Below are positions 39,209-50,100 of a DNA stretch of 64,000 bases, one piece after another. This DNA comes from Parcubacteria group bacterium (GTDB lineage: Bacteria > Patescibacteriota > Minisyncoccia > Phycocordibacterales > WO2-35-19). The translations under genes and the position numbers were made by a program. A model generated the notes under the pieces. That model saw only the letters and a program-made list of their open reading frames with translations, was not told the origin of the DNA and ran no database searches. The stretch is taken from assembly GCA_012514175.1 (NCBI GenBank), contig JAAZAU010000012.1, positions 3,479-67,478 of the forward strand, read 5' to 3'. Each line of letters begins with the position of its first letter. Position 1 is the first letter of the stretch.

Positions 39209-41617
39209 TTAACTTTGCTTCTTTTCTTCTTCAGAAATAGCGAGAATCATTGGAATAATGGAATCAGGATTGAGAGAGATCGCTTCAATGTTGTTAGAAA
39301 CTAGGAAACGAGTGAAATCAGGATAATCTGAAGGAGCTTGACCGCAAAAACCGATATATTTACCTCGTTCACGACATTTTTTGATGGCCATAGAAACCAA
39401 AGTTTTAACTGTTGGATCGTTTTCGTTGGAAATGTGAGCAACTACTCCAGAATCTCTATCTAAACCGAGCGAAAGTTGAGCTAAATCGTTTGAGCCAATG
39501 GAGAACCCGTCAAAAATATCCAAAAATTCATCAGCTCGTAATACATTGGATGGTATTTCACACATAACATAAACTTTAAACCCGTCCATACCTTTTTCCA
39601 AACCTTCTTCTTTCATAATATCTAAAACCTTCTGACCTTCTTCGGGAGTGCGACAGAAAGGAACTAGAGCGGCAATATTTTTAAGACCAAACTGTTCTCT
39701 AACTTTCTTAAAAGCTCTACATTCCAGTTTAAAAGCTTCTTTAAATTTTGGATCATAATAACGCGAGGCGCCACGCCAACCTATCATAGGGTTTTCTTCT
39801 TGAGGCTCAAATTCTTCACCACCAAGCAAAGTTGAGTATTCGTTAGTTTTGAAATCAGAAAATCTCACTATTACATCGTTTGGATAAAAAGCAGCACAAA
39901 TTTGACCAATACCTTCAGCGAGCTTATCAACATAATAACTTATCTTGTCGTCATAGCCAGCAGTAATCTTTTCAATTTTGTTTTGAAGAGTTTTGTTTAG
40001 ATTTTCAAAATTCAAAAGCGCATTTGGGTGAACTCTAATGTGAGAAGCGATAATAAACTCTTCACGAGCCAATCCAACACCTTTGTTTGGAATAAACGAA
40101 TGTATAAAGGCGCTTTCAGGAGAGCCAATATTCATACAAACTTTAGTTCTAGTCTCAGGGATATTGGTAATATCGTAAGCTTTTTCTGTCCACTCCAATT
40201 TGCCCTCAAACACACTGCCCACAGTACCACTTGAAGTATCTACTGTTACCAACTGACCGTTTTTAAGCTTAGAGAGAGCATCACCAGTACCAACTATAGC
40301 CGGAATACCAAGTTCGCGAGAAACGATAGCAGCATGACTGGTGCGCCCACCTTTTTCAGTCACAATAGCCGAAGCAATCTTCATAATCGGCTCCCAATCA
40401 GGGTCAGTAATTTCGGCGACTAAAATTTCACCTTTTTCAAATTCGTGTAATTTTTTTACATCGTTAATGATACGAACTTTACCGGAAGCGATTTTGTTAC
40501 CAACTGCAATACCTGTCGTTAAAACAGAATCACCTTTAGTAACCAAAGAATATTCAGTGATTGTGTTATGTTTTTTCTCTGATTGAACTGTCTCTGGTCG
40601 GGCTTGAACAATAAAGAGTTCGTTAGTAATGCCATCTTTGGCCCATTCTATATCCATCGGCATTGGTTTGCCGGCACGTTCTACATAATGTTTTTCAATC
40701 TCCACACCCCAACGAGATAAGGTTAGAATTTCTTCGTTATTTAAAACAAAAATATTTCTATCTTTTTCTGGAACATCTACTTCTTTAACTGGACTTTCTT
40801 TAGAAGTAGAATAAATCATTTTGTTTTCTTTGGAACCAATAGTTTTTCTGATAACGGCAGGAAAACCTTGGTTCAAAGTTGGTTTGAAAACCAAATATTC
40901 ATCTGGAGTAACTTTACCTTGCACTACCATTTCCCCAAGACCCCAAGAAGCATCTATTTGCACCACGTCTTTAAAACCACTTTCGGTATCAATAGTAAAC
41001 ATCACACCCGACGCACCTTTATCAGAACGCACCATTTTTTGCACACCGACGGAAAGAGCGACATCAAGATGATCAAAACCTCGGTCTACACGATAAGAAA
41101 TAGCTCGGTCAGTCCAAAGAGAAGCCATCGCCATTTTGACTGCCTCAAGAATTTTTTTCTCACCAACAACATTAAGAAAAGTTTCGTGTTGACCAGCAAA
41201 AGAAGCGTCTGGCAAATCTTCAGCTGTAGCAGAAGAACGCACTGCGGTATCAGTTTCCTTAATACCATAAGCATTTGAAAGATTTTTATAAGCTTCAGCA
41301 ATTTCTACTCGTATTTCTTCAGGCATATCTGATTTTACGATTGCATCTCTTATAGCTTTACCTCTCTTTTGTAAATCTTTAATGTTGTGTGTATCTAAAC
41401 CTTTAAGAGTTTTTTCAATAAAAGGAAGTAAGTTTTCTTTTTCAATAAAGTATCGGTAAGCGTAAGCCGTTACTATAAAACCATTTGGCACTCTGACGCC
41501 TCTATTTGTAAGAATGGTATACATCTCGCCAAGTGAGGCGTTCTTGCCTCCAACTATAGCGACGTCGTCATTGTTGACCTGATCAAACCAAAGAACAAAT
41601 TTTTTATCTTTTTCCAT
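39209..41617 (-). CDS. ppsA: Phosphoenolpyruvate synthase (pyruvate, water dikinase)
   Basis: 802 aa; N-terminal ATP-grasp, phosphohistidine domain GGRTSHAAIVSRELGIPAIVG and a C-terminal PEP-utilising domain. Confidence 0.85.
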   Translation of the reverse strand: MEKDKKFVLWFDQVNNDDVAIVGGKNASLGEMYTILTNRGVRVPNGFIVTAYAYRYFIEKENLLPFIEKTLKGLDTHNIKDLQKRGKAIRDAIVKSDMPEEIRVEIAEAYKNLSNAYGIKETDTAVRSSATAEDLPDASFAGQHETFLNVVGEKKILEAVKMAMASLWTDRAISYRVDRGFDHLDVALSVGVQKMVRSDKGASGVMFTIDTESGFKDVVQIDASWGLGEMVVQGKVTPDEYLVFKPTLNQGFPAVIRKTIGSKENKMIYSTSKESPVKEVDVPEKDRNIFVLNNEEILTLSRWGVEIEKHYVERAGKPMPMDIEWAKDGITNELFIVQARPETVQSEKKHNTITEYSLVTKGDSVLTTGIAVGNKIASGKVRIINDVKKLHEFEKGEILVAEITDPDWEPIMKIASAIVTEKGGRTSHAAIVSRELGIPAIVGTGDALSKLKNGQLVTVDTSSGTVGSVFEGKLEWTEKAYDITNIPETRTKVCMNIGSPESAFIHSFIPNKGVGLAREEFIIASHIRVHPNALLNFENLNKTLQNKIEKITAGYDDKISYYVDKLAEGIGQICAAFYPNDVIVRFSDFKTNEYSTLLGGEEFEPQEENPMIGWRGASRYYDPKFKEAFKLECRAFKKVREQFGLKNIAALVPFCRTPEEGQKVLDIMKEEGLEKGMDGFKVYVMCEIPSNVLRADEFLDIFDGFSIGSNDLAQLSLGLDRDSGVVAHISNENDPTVKTLVSMAIKKCRERGKYIGFCGQAPSDYPDFTRFLVSNNIEAISLNPDSIIPMILAISEEEKKQS

Positions 41618-41647
41618 TTTTTACTTCATTTATTTAATTTTAGTAAA

Positions 41648-42934
41648 TTACTTATATAACATTATAAACAAATCTGAAACATTACTCCCAAGCCTGCCTG
41701 TGCATATCGCACCGCCAGCTTGTTTGAAAAAATTATAACTGTCACTTTTTTCTAAAAATTCTTCGGGCACTAAATTTAAATTTTTTGCTTTCTCAAAAAG
41801 CTCTGAGTCAGCGAGAGCACCAGCGTGTTCAGTGTTGTCCCAACCATCTGACGACGCACAAACCAAAACTGAATCGGGTTTTATAAAAGGAAGAGCAGCT
41901 AAAGCCATAGTTTGATTTCTTCCGCCTTTGCCTTGATTATTAGAAATGACTGTTGTTGTCTCACCTCCAAATAAAATGCAAGTTTTTGGTTTAGGTTCTC
42001 TTTTTGCTAAATCTTCACCGGATTGTTTAGCGTCTCCAGAAAATCTATCAGTTTCAATAGTTACGTTATAACCTAATTCTTCAGCCCTATCTCCCATTAT
42101 TTCTAACGAATCAGTATTGCTGACGAGCATTATATTTCTAACTTTTTCAAAATACATAGCGTCTTTAGGTGTTTCTACAAATTCCAAATCCATTTTTATT
42201 GAATACTTCTCTAAAACCTTTTTGGCCGTTTCAACATCTGTCCTGTCTAAAACAGTGGGGCCAGAAGCAATCGTGGACATATCATTGCTGGGCACATCTG
42301 AAAAAATAAGAGAGATTACTTGAGCAGGAAAACAAATCTTCGCAAAACCACCACCTTTTACTTTGGAGAGATGTTTTCTCACAGCGTTAAGTTCAAAAAT
42401 ATCTGCCGCTTTTTCGGTTAAACTTTTTGTAATTTCTACAAGAGTAGAAATGTCTACCGTCGGTAAATCAAAAAGGGAAGAGCCTCCACCGGAAATTAAA
42501 GTTATAACCAAATCTCTTCTAGAAAGATTCTCTATCATTTTTAAAACTTCTTTTGTGGCTTCTATATTTTGCTCTGATGGATACGGGTGAGTGCCAACAA
42601 AATATCTGATCTTGCCACAACTTACTAAACTTTCTGCTTCAGCTGAAGTTTTCACATCAATCACAATACCTTCTGTCAAATAATCTCCCAAAATACTGCC
42701 GATAACTTTGGCGCTATCCAAAGCGCACTTACCGATACCCACAAAGAAAATTTTTTCATAAGATTTAAGATCCAAAAGATATCCATCAATATTTAAAGTG
42801 TCATTCTCAACAAAAATTTTTCTGTTTAAAACTTTTTCAGTATCAATCGCCTGAAGACCTTTCTCTAAAATATCAAGTGCGTCTCTGCGCAATTCATTAG
42901 TGACTAACTCTTCTTTGTTTAAAATTATAGACAT
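41648..42934 (-). CDS. Glycerate 2-kinase (MOFRL family)
   Basis: N-terminal FVGIGKCALDSA and a C-terminal GGETTTVISNNQGKGGRNQTMALAAL...ASSDGWDNTEHAGA matching the MOFRL signature. Confidence 0.7.
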   Translation of the reverse strand: MSIILNKEELVTNELRRDALDILEKGLQAIDTEKVLNRKIFVENDTLNIDGYLLDLKSYEKIFFVGIGKCALDSAKVIGSILGDYLTEGIVIDVKTSAEAESLVSCGKIRYFVGTHPYPSEQNIEATKEVLKMIENLSRRDLVITLISGGGSSLFDLPTVDISTLVEITKSLTEKAADIFELNAVRKHLSKVKGGGFAKICFPAQVISLIFSDVPSNDMSTIASGPTVLDRTDVETAKKVLEKYSIKMDLEFVETPKDAMYFEKVRNIMLVSNTDSLEIMGDRAEELGYNVTIETDRFSGDAKQSGEDLAKREPKPKTCILFGGETTTVISNNQGKGGRNQTMALAALPFIKPDSVLVCASSDGWDNTEHAGALADSELFEKAKNLNLVPEEFLEKSDSYNFFKQAGGAICTGRLGSNVSDLFIMLYK

Positions 42935-43002
42935 AGTATTCTACATTTTAACATTTATGCACCAAAAACACTCCACTTAATCGTGGAAAACTTAGAATAA
43001 AG

Positions 43003-43073
43003 TCGGGGTGGGGAAAATCGAATTCCCGTCTCACGAACCCGAATCGTGTATACTACCACTGTACTACACCCCG
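43003..43073 (-). tRNA. tRNA-Pro (anticodon CGG)
   Basis: Reverse complement folds as cggggtg..., anticodon loop ttcgggt, T-arm gggaa-ttcgatt-ttccc, acceptor caccccg. Confidence 0.75.
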
Positions 43074-43178
43074 AATTTTCTTTTTTACTCTACATTAAAA
43101 ATTTAATAAAATGAAGTCTATAAATTATAAGTATCCCCATTCTGATTAGACTGGTTAGAAAAAATAAACTTCTTCAGG

Positions 43179-43260
43179 TGGGCACGGGGAGATTTGAACT
43201 CCCAAGCCTTGCGGCATACGCTTCTGAAGCGTACGCGTATACCAATTCCGCCACGTACCC
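43179..43260 (-). tRNA. tRNA-Leu (anticodon CAG), long variable arm
   Basis: Reverse complement: acceptor gggtacg/cgtgccc, anticodon loop ttcagaa, 13 nt variable arm, T-arm gggag-ttcaaat-ctccc. Confidence 0.75.
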
Positions 43261-43320
43261 AACAAAAACAATATAACAGATTTGACCTTATTTAGATAAT
43301 CTGCTAATCTAATTGGCGTA

Positions 43321-43839
43321 ATGTTAAAGATTAGATTACAAAGAGTTGGCAGGAAGCATGAGCCGGTGTTCCGGCTTGTTTTGACTGACTCAAAAAATGG
43401 ACCTAAAAGTGGTAAATTTTTAGAAATTTTAGGTCATTATGATGCCAGGAGAGGGGAAAAAGCCGAATTCAAAATAGAAAAAATAAAGGAACTTATGTCC
43501 AAAGGAGCAAAACTTTCTGACACTGTGCATAATTTGCTAGTGGATAAAAAAGCAATAGAGGGCAAAAAGATAAATGTTTTGCCTAAAAAGACAGTTATCA
43601 AAAAAGAAGTTGTTGAAGAAGCTAAAACAGAAGAAACTAAAGTAGCTACACCAGAAGTAGCTTCAGAAACAGCTCCTGCACCTTCCGAAACTCCAGCAGA
43701 GTCAGTAGAACAAACAGAACCAACAAAAACTGAAGAAGTTAAAGCAGAAGAAACTTCAGTAAACACAGTTGATACAACCGCAGAAACACCAGCTGAAACC
43801 AACCCAGAAGAGTCAAAAACTGAAGAACCTAAAGCTTAA
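43321..43839 (+). CDS. rpsP: 30S ribosomal protein S16 with low-complexity T/E/A/P-rich C-terminal extension
   Basis: MLKIRLQRVGRKHEPVFRLVLTDS...; about 90 aa acidic repeat-like tail. Confidence 0.8.
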   Translation: MLKIRLQRVGRKHEPVFRLVLTDSKNGPKSGKFLEILGHYDARRGEKAEFKIEKIKELMSKGAKLSDTVHNLLVDKKAIEGKKINVLPKKTVIKKEVVEEAKTEETKVATPEVASETAPAPSETPAESVEQTEPTKTEEVKAEETSVNTVDTTAETPAETNPEESKTEEPKA

Positions 43840-43938
43840 TTTTAGATAAGCACAGTTTTCATTTGCACTTGTCAAACATTTATAATATAATTCCAGACGG
43901 AAAAGTTTTATTACTTATTAGTTTTTAGCCTAACTTAA

Positions 43939-44256
43939 ATGGAAAAAGACGCAGAATTTTTAGAATATGTTGTTAAAGGATTAGTGGATCATCCAGAATC
44001 AGTGAAGATCAATCGTACTGTTGATGAAATGGGAGTACTTTTGAATCTTGACGTTCATCAAGATGATATGGGTAAAATAATTGGTCGCTCAGGCAATACC
44101 GCCAAAGCTATCAGAATTTTACTCCGCGTTGTGGGTATGAAAAATAACGCCAGAGTTAATCTTAAGATCAACGAACCAGAAGGTGGCAGAAAAAGCACCA
44201 CAACCACTGATGACGTAAAATCAGTTGATGATGTTATTGAAGATTTGAAAATATAA
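43939..44256 (+). CDS. KH-domain RNA-binding protein (YlqC/UPF0109-like)
   Basis: GKIIGRSGNTAKAIRILL KH motif; located between rpsP and trmD. Confidence 0.7.
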   Translation: MEKDAEFLEYVVKGLVDHPESVKINRTVDEMGVLLNLDVHQDDMGKIIGRSGNTAKAIRILLRVVGMKNNARVNLKINEPEGGRKSTTTTDDVKSVDDVIEDLKI

Positions 44257-44319
44257 TTCAAAAAATAAAAAACGAAGATGCTCCTAGACATAGGGGCATT
44301 TTTGTTATATTATTAATAA

Positions 44320-45039
44320 ATGACATTTCACATTATAACTTTGTTTCCACATCTGTTTGATTCATATTTAAGCGAATCTATTTTAGGGCGTGCTCAAAAA
44401 AATAAAAAAGTAAAAGTGCAATTTTATAACCCGAGAGATTTTGTAAAACCATCTAAAACCCAAGCTAAAAATGAAAAACCTTATCTCAGAATAGATGCCA
44501 AACCTTATGGCGGTGGAGCAGGTATGATATTGCAAGCTGAGCCGATCTTAAAAGCTGTTCAAAAAATTGAAAAGAAAATAAAAAACCGAAAGAAAAAAAT
44601 TGTTATTTTTTCAGCTAAAGGAAAAACTTTCAATCAAAAAATGGCACACAATTGGGCTAACAAATATCAAGATATAGTATTTATTACTGGACGCTATGAA
44701 GGTATAGACGAAAGAGTGAAAAAAGCCTTAAGAGCCGAAGAGGTTTCTATTGGTCCTTACGTCTTAACTGATGGTGATATCGCTTCAATGGTAGCTTATT
44801 CAGCTGTGGTACGACTTATTCCTGGAGTTATAAAGCTTGAATCATTAGAAGAAGAATCGCATTGGAATCTTTTACTCAAAAATGAAAAGAAAAACAAGCT
44901 TGGTGAGAATGGTTTAGAATATCCACACTATACTCGTCCAGAAGTTTTAGAATACAAAGGTAAAAAATACCGAGTACCAAAGATTTTGCTCTCTGGCAAC
45001 CACAAAAAAATTGAGGAGTGGCGCAAAAAAAACCGATAA
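44320..45039 (+). CDS. trmD: tRNA (guanine37-N1)-methyltransferase
   Basis: MTFHIITLFPHLFDSYLSESILGRAQ... Confidence 0.85.
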   Translation: MTFHIITLFPHLFDSYLSESILGRAQKNKKVKVQFYNPRDFVKPSKTQAKNEKPYLRIDAKPYGGGAGMILQAEPILKAVQKIEKKIKNRKKKIVIFSAKGKTFNQKMAHNWANKYQDIVFITGRYEGIDERVKKALRAEEVSIGPYVLTDGDIASMVAYSAVVRLIPGVIKLESLEEESHWNLLLKNEKKNKLGENGLEYPHYTRPEVLEYKGKKYRVPKILLSGNHKKIEEWRKKNR

Positions 45040-45205
45040 CCCAAATAAAATTATCAAATACAGAAAATGTCAAAGGTGCCTTATGGCATTTTTTGTGTTC
45101 TATGTGTATATCTTTTGTGCATTTTTTCTAAAGAATAGTAGAATAAAACTATTAACAATAATTTTTCCGCCTTCACTCAAACTATAGGTGGGTAAATAAA
45201 AAAAT

Positions 45206-45403
45206 ATGGAGAGTTTAAACTTTGAAAAGAAACCAACAATTGAAGTAGAAAATTTAGCAAACCCAGAAACCACCAGTAAGGAAAAAATTGCTATGGCTGA
45301 AAAAGTTATAGCAGACCGTTTTGAAAAAGTGCAAAAACTAGCCATAGCAAAAATAACTCAAAATCCATATTTTCGAGATCCCAGATATTTAGAACATTTA
45401 TAG
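45206..45403 (+). CDS. Hypothetical small protein
   Basis: ORF only. Confidence 0.25.
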   Translation: MESLNFEKKPTIEVENLANPETTSKEKIAMAEKVIADRFEKVQKLAIAKITQNPYFRDPRYLEHL

Positions 45404-45423
45404 TTACATTTTAAACATATTCT

Positions 45424-45741
45424 ATGAAGCATCCTATTAAAGACGAAATAGATTTTTTGATTGCGCAGGCGCAAAACGAAACCGACATCGCTAAAGAAAT
45501 CGTTGATGATATCAGAAGCAGAAGCGGAGACGATGCTAAAAAATATTACGAAGAAAAATTGGCTCTAAAGATGCTGGAATTTTTCAAAGAAGAAGAGAAG
45601 ATTATTTCTCTTTATGTTGAGGCCAAAAAAAATTATCCAATACTGGCAGAACTTATGGAAAACAAGAGGCCTTGCCTTAAAGAAATGCTTGTTGAAGCTA
45701 AAAAATTATACAAAAAGAATGTGCTAGGTGAAAACACTTAG
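45424..45741 (+). CDS. Hypothetical protein
   Basis: ORF only; helical and charged. Confidence 0.3.
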   Translation: MKHPIKDEIDFLIAQAQNETDIAKEIVDDIRSRSGDDAKKYYEEKLALKMLEFFKEEEKIISLYVEAKKNYPILAELMENKRPCLKEMLVEAKKLYKKNVLGENT

Positions 45742-45755
45742 ACAAAGTTGAAAAT

Positions 45756-46829
45756 ATGAATGAAGATATCCTAGACAAACATTTAGCTAATATTCGCTCT
45801 TTACAATCAAAAAGTGGGCTTTTTACAGCTTCTCGTAGTGATGTTTCCACGGGTTATAACAAAGCTTGGCTCCGAGACAATTTTTACACCTGTCTAGCTT
45901 TTGAAGAAATTGAAGATTGGGCAACGGTTAAAAAAACTTGGAAAGCAATACTCAACATTTTTAAAAAACATAAAAACAAAATAAACTGGGCAGTAGAAAA
46001 TAAACCTTATCAAACTTTCCAATATATCCACGCTAGATATCATCCAGAAACCTTTGAAGAGTTTTGGGAAGAGTGGGGCAACAAACAGAATGACGCTATT
46101 GGCGCTATTCTTTTTAAGATTGGTGATTTAGAAAGTAGGGGTATAAAAATCATAGAAAATGACGAAGAAAGAGAAGTGTTACAAATTTTAGTGGATTATC
46201 TCAATTCTATTGAATATTGGCACGACCCAGACAATGGTGTTTGGGAAGAATACGAAGAAGTGCACGCCTCTTCAGTTGGCGCTTGTGTGGCAGGACTTAA
46301 ATCTATTTCTAAACTCGGATTTATTAGGATGCCTTACAACTTGGCAGAAATAGGAGAAGAAAATTTAAAAAAAATATTACCACGAGAATCAAGTAGTAAA
46401 TTTGTAGACTTAGCTCTTCTTTCATTGATCTACCCTTTTAATGTAGTTCCCGAAAAAACTGCTCGTGAAATAGTTAGACATATAGAATACCACTTAGAAA
46501 GAGACCGCGGAATCATCAGATATAAAAACGACCGTTATTTTAATAAAAATATAGATGGAGTTAGTGAAGAAGCGGAATGGTGTTTTGGTTTTCCTTGGCT
46601 TTCTATCATTTATCGCAGATGGTCTGAAGATGGAAAAAACTTTGGTGACATCACTGACAATGATGACGCTTTGAGAGCCAACGAATATTTAGAAAAAGCT
46701 TTCAAGACTATTTACAAAGGCCAAATCCCCGAACTTTATTTTTCTGATTCTGATCAACCCAATGATAATGTTCCTTTGGGTTGGTCTGAATCTTTATTTG
46801 TGGTGGCTTTGTTAAGAGCTGGAAAATAA
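45756..46829 (+). CDS. Glycoside hydrolase family 15-like (glucoamylase/glucodextranase (alpha/alpha)6-barrel)
   Basis: YNKAWLRDNFYT, WEEYEEVHASSVGACVAGL, VPLGWSES. Confidence 0.6.
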   Translation: MNEDILDKHLANIRSLQSKSGLFTASRSDVSTGYNKAWLRDNFYTCLAFEEIEDWATVKKTWKAILNIFKKHKNKINWAVENKPYQTFQYIHARYHPETFEEFWEEWGNKQNDAIGAILFKIGDLESRGIKIIENDEEREVLQILVDYLNSIEYWHDPDNGVWEEYEEVHASSVGACVAGLKSISKLGFIRMPYNLAEIGEENLKKILPRESSSKFVDLALLSLIYPFNVVPEKTAREIVRHIEYHLERDRGIIRYKNDRYFNKNIDGVSEEAEWCFGFPWLSIIYRRWSEDGKNFGDITDNDDALRANEYLEKAFKTIYKGQIPELYFSDSDQPNDNVPLGWSESLFVVALLRAGK

Positions 46830-46883
46830 TCTCTTCAACAAACACTTTCTCAAAAGCGAAAATTTTTTATCCACAGCAAGCGG

Positions 46884-46920
46884 TTGACAAGCTTGACAGT
46901 TGTGCATAGAAGTGTATACT
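46884..46920 (+). promoter_or_regulatory. Candidate rpoBC promoter (tandem -35 elements) with about 240 nt leader
   Basis: ttgacaagcttgaca, 16 nt spacer, tatact. Confidence 0.45.
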
Positions 46921-47158
46921 AGTGTTTACTATTGATTGATTGAGTTATGGCTTGTCAATGGTAGGCTGTTAATAGCCAAATCTCTTTATTTTAAGAGATT
47001 AATTACAAGCGAAATTCTCTGGCTTGATATATAAAATAGAAAATAGTTAAAGAGCGGAGGAAATAAAAAATCCCAAGAACATTGGGGTGTATTTTCGTGT
47101 TTGTGTTTAATAATTTAATAGGAAAGTAAGTAGTAAATTTTATATTAACAACAATTAT

Positions 47159-50100
47159 ATGACAACAACCGAAACAAAAGACAAAGTTCTGACCGGTAAA
47201 GTGTTGCCGAAAAAATATTTCAGCAAGTTCAAAAAATCACTAGCCCCAATCCCTAATTTAGTCAAAGACCAAATAGAATCTTTCAATTGGCTTATAGAGA
47301 AGGGTATTAAAGAAATCTTTGATGAGTTTGCTGTTATTAACGACCCGTCCGGTAAAAAATTCAAATTTGAATTTTTGGGTTTTGAATTAGAGCAACCAAA
47401 ATACGATGAATATTATGCTAAAGAAAAGAAACTTTCCTATGAAGCACCCCTCAAAGTCAGAGTTAAACTCACTAATAAAGTTTTAAACACCGAAAAAGAA
47501 CAAGAGCTTTTCTTGGCTGATTTTCCGATGATGACTCCGCACGGCACTTTTATAATAAGTGGTATTGAGAGAGTAATAGTGCCACAACTTGCCAGATCTT
47601 TCGGTGTGTTTTTCACTAAAATTGAACTTAAAGGCAGATCTTTATTTGGTGTCAAAATCATTCCTGCCCGTGGCGCTTGGATTGAGATTGAGACTGATAT
47701 TGATAAAACTATATACGTTCGTATAGATAGAAAAAGAAAATTCCCAGTCACTGCCTTGTTGCGAGCTTTTGGCGCTGAAACAGACTCTGAGATATTTGAA
47801 TTATTTAAAGACAATAAAGAAGCTAAAGAATACATAGAAAAATCTTTAGCTAAAGATCACACCAAAACTGCTGATGAGGCTTACATAGAAATATACAGGA
47901 GACTTAGGGATGGAGATTTGGCCACCGCTGAAAATGCTAAAGAATTTTTCATAAACCTTTTTGAATCAGACAGATACGACTTACAAAAAGTTGGCCGTTT
48001 CAGATTTAATTCCAGATTCAATTTACCAACAGATGGTAAAGATGCTGACAGAAGAACTTTAAACCTTGAAGATCTAAAACTTGTGGTGAATCATATAATC
48101 ACCCTGAACACAACTCCAGGATCAATTGAAGATGATATTGATCACTTGGGTTCTAGAAGAGTTCGCTATGTTGGTGAAATGATGCAACAAAAATTCCGCG
48201 TCGGAATGGTTCAAATAAAAAGAAATATGCAGAACAGAATGTCCACAGTTGATACTGATGTAACTTTACCTGTTCAATTTATAATACCAAAACCACTACA
48301 AGCTAGGCTCAAAGAGTTCTTTGCCACCAACCAACTTTCACAATTTATGTCTCAAGAAAACGCGTTGGCGGAAATAGAACACTTGAGATTGCTTTCAGCC
48401 TTAGGACCAGGAGGACTCAATAGAAGTCGAGCAGGATTTGAGGTTCGTGATGTGCACCCTTCACACTACGGCAGACTTTGTCCAATACACACACCCGAAG
48501 GTCCAAACATTGGTCTTATATTGCACCTTGCTCTTTACGCTCGTGTCAACGAATTCGGAATGATTGAAACTCCTTATGTGAAAGTTAAAAACGGCAAAGT
48601 AACAAACGAAATAGAATATTTTAATGCGTTAGAAGAAGAAAAATTTGCTATTGCTCATGCTGCTACCGGTAGAGATGAGGCCGGTAATATTACTGAAGAA
48701 ATGGTAGAAATCCGTATCGGTGGCAAACCAGATATGATTCAAAAAGACAAAGTGGAATATATGGACGTGTCTACAAGTCAAGCTTTCTCAATTGCCACTT
48801 CACTTATACCGTTTTTAAATCACGACGATGCAAACCGCGCACTCATGGGTTCAAATATGCAAAAACAAGCTACGCCATGCGTTGAGCCCGAACCACCGTT
48901 GGTAGCTACTGGCATTGAGGGTCCAGCAATGAGAGACACTGGCAGATTGGTTATAGCTGAAAAAGAAGGCGTTGTTTCAAAGGTTGATGGAAGCTCTGTT
49001 GAAGTTACCGACAACAAAGGCACAAAAAAGGAATACAAATTGGTCAATTTTGCTAAAACTAACGGCGCAACTTGTTTCCACCAAAGACCTACTGTAAACA
49101 TAGGAGACAAGGTTAAGTCGGGAGACGTTTTAGCTGACACACTTATGTCTGTGCAAGGAGAAATGGCTCTAGGTCAAAATATTCTCATCGGTTTTCTTTC
49201 GTGGTCAGGCGCAAACTATGAAGACGCAATCATTCTTTCTGAAAGACTTATTAAAGAAAATAAATTTACAACTATTCATATTGATGAAATTACAGTTAAT
49301 GTGCGTGATACCAAACTTGGACCAGAAGTTACAACTTGTGATATACCAAACGTTGGTGAAGCTAAACTCAAAAATTTAGCTGAGGATGGCATAATTAGAG
49401 TCGGCGCCGAAGTCAACCCGGGAGATATTTTAGTGGGTAAAATTACTCCAAAAGGCGAAACTCAACTCACCCCAGAAGAACGACTTCTCAGGTCTCTCTT
49501 TGGTGAAAAAGCTAGAGATGTCAAAGACACTTCTAAGAGAGTAGAGGGTGGTAAAAAAGGCAGAATCATAAATGTGCAAGTTTTTTCAAGAGAAAAAGGC
49601 GATAAACTTGAATCAGGCATTATTAAAAGAATTCATATTGAAATAGCTCAAATTAGAAATGTTTCAGTTGGTGATAAACTTGCGGGACGTCATGGAAACA
49701 AAGGTGTTATCTCCACAATTTTACCTGTTGAAGATATGCCTTATATGGCTGATGGTACTCCAATAGATATGATACTTACTCCACTCGGCGTGCCTTCACG
49801 TATGAACCTTGGACAAATTTTAGAACTTCATTTGGGAGCAGCCGCCAAAAATTTAAATTATCAAGCTGTTGTTCCTCCATTCGCAGGATCAACTGATCAA
49901 GAAATCAAAGAGGAGCTCAAAAAAGCGGGGCTCAGTGAAGACGGAAAAGTGCAACTTTACGACGGCAGAACTGGAGAAGCTATAAAACAAAAAACTGCTG
50001 TGGGTTATATGTATATGCTCAAACTTGACCATATGGTTGAAGACAAAATCCATATGCGCTCTATTGGTCCTTACTCTCTCATTACCCAGCAACCTTTGGG

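Noticed and set aside
40868-41278. 136-aa and 83-aa ORFs antisense to ppsA
   Set aside because: They lie fully inside a well-supported ppsA coding region and have no RBS or promoter. They are typical spurious antisense frames.
43437-43802. 121-aa antisense ORF inside the rpsP 3' region
   Set aside because: It is the opposite-strand reading of the low-complexity S16 tail (A/S/V/T-rich), with no start context or signals. It is an artefact of repeat composition.
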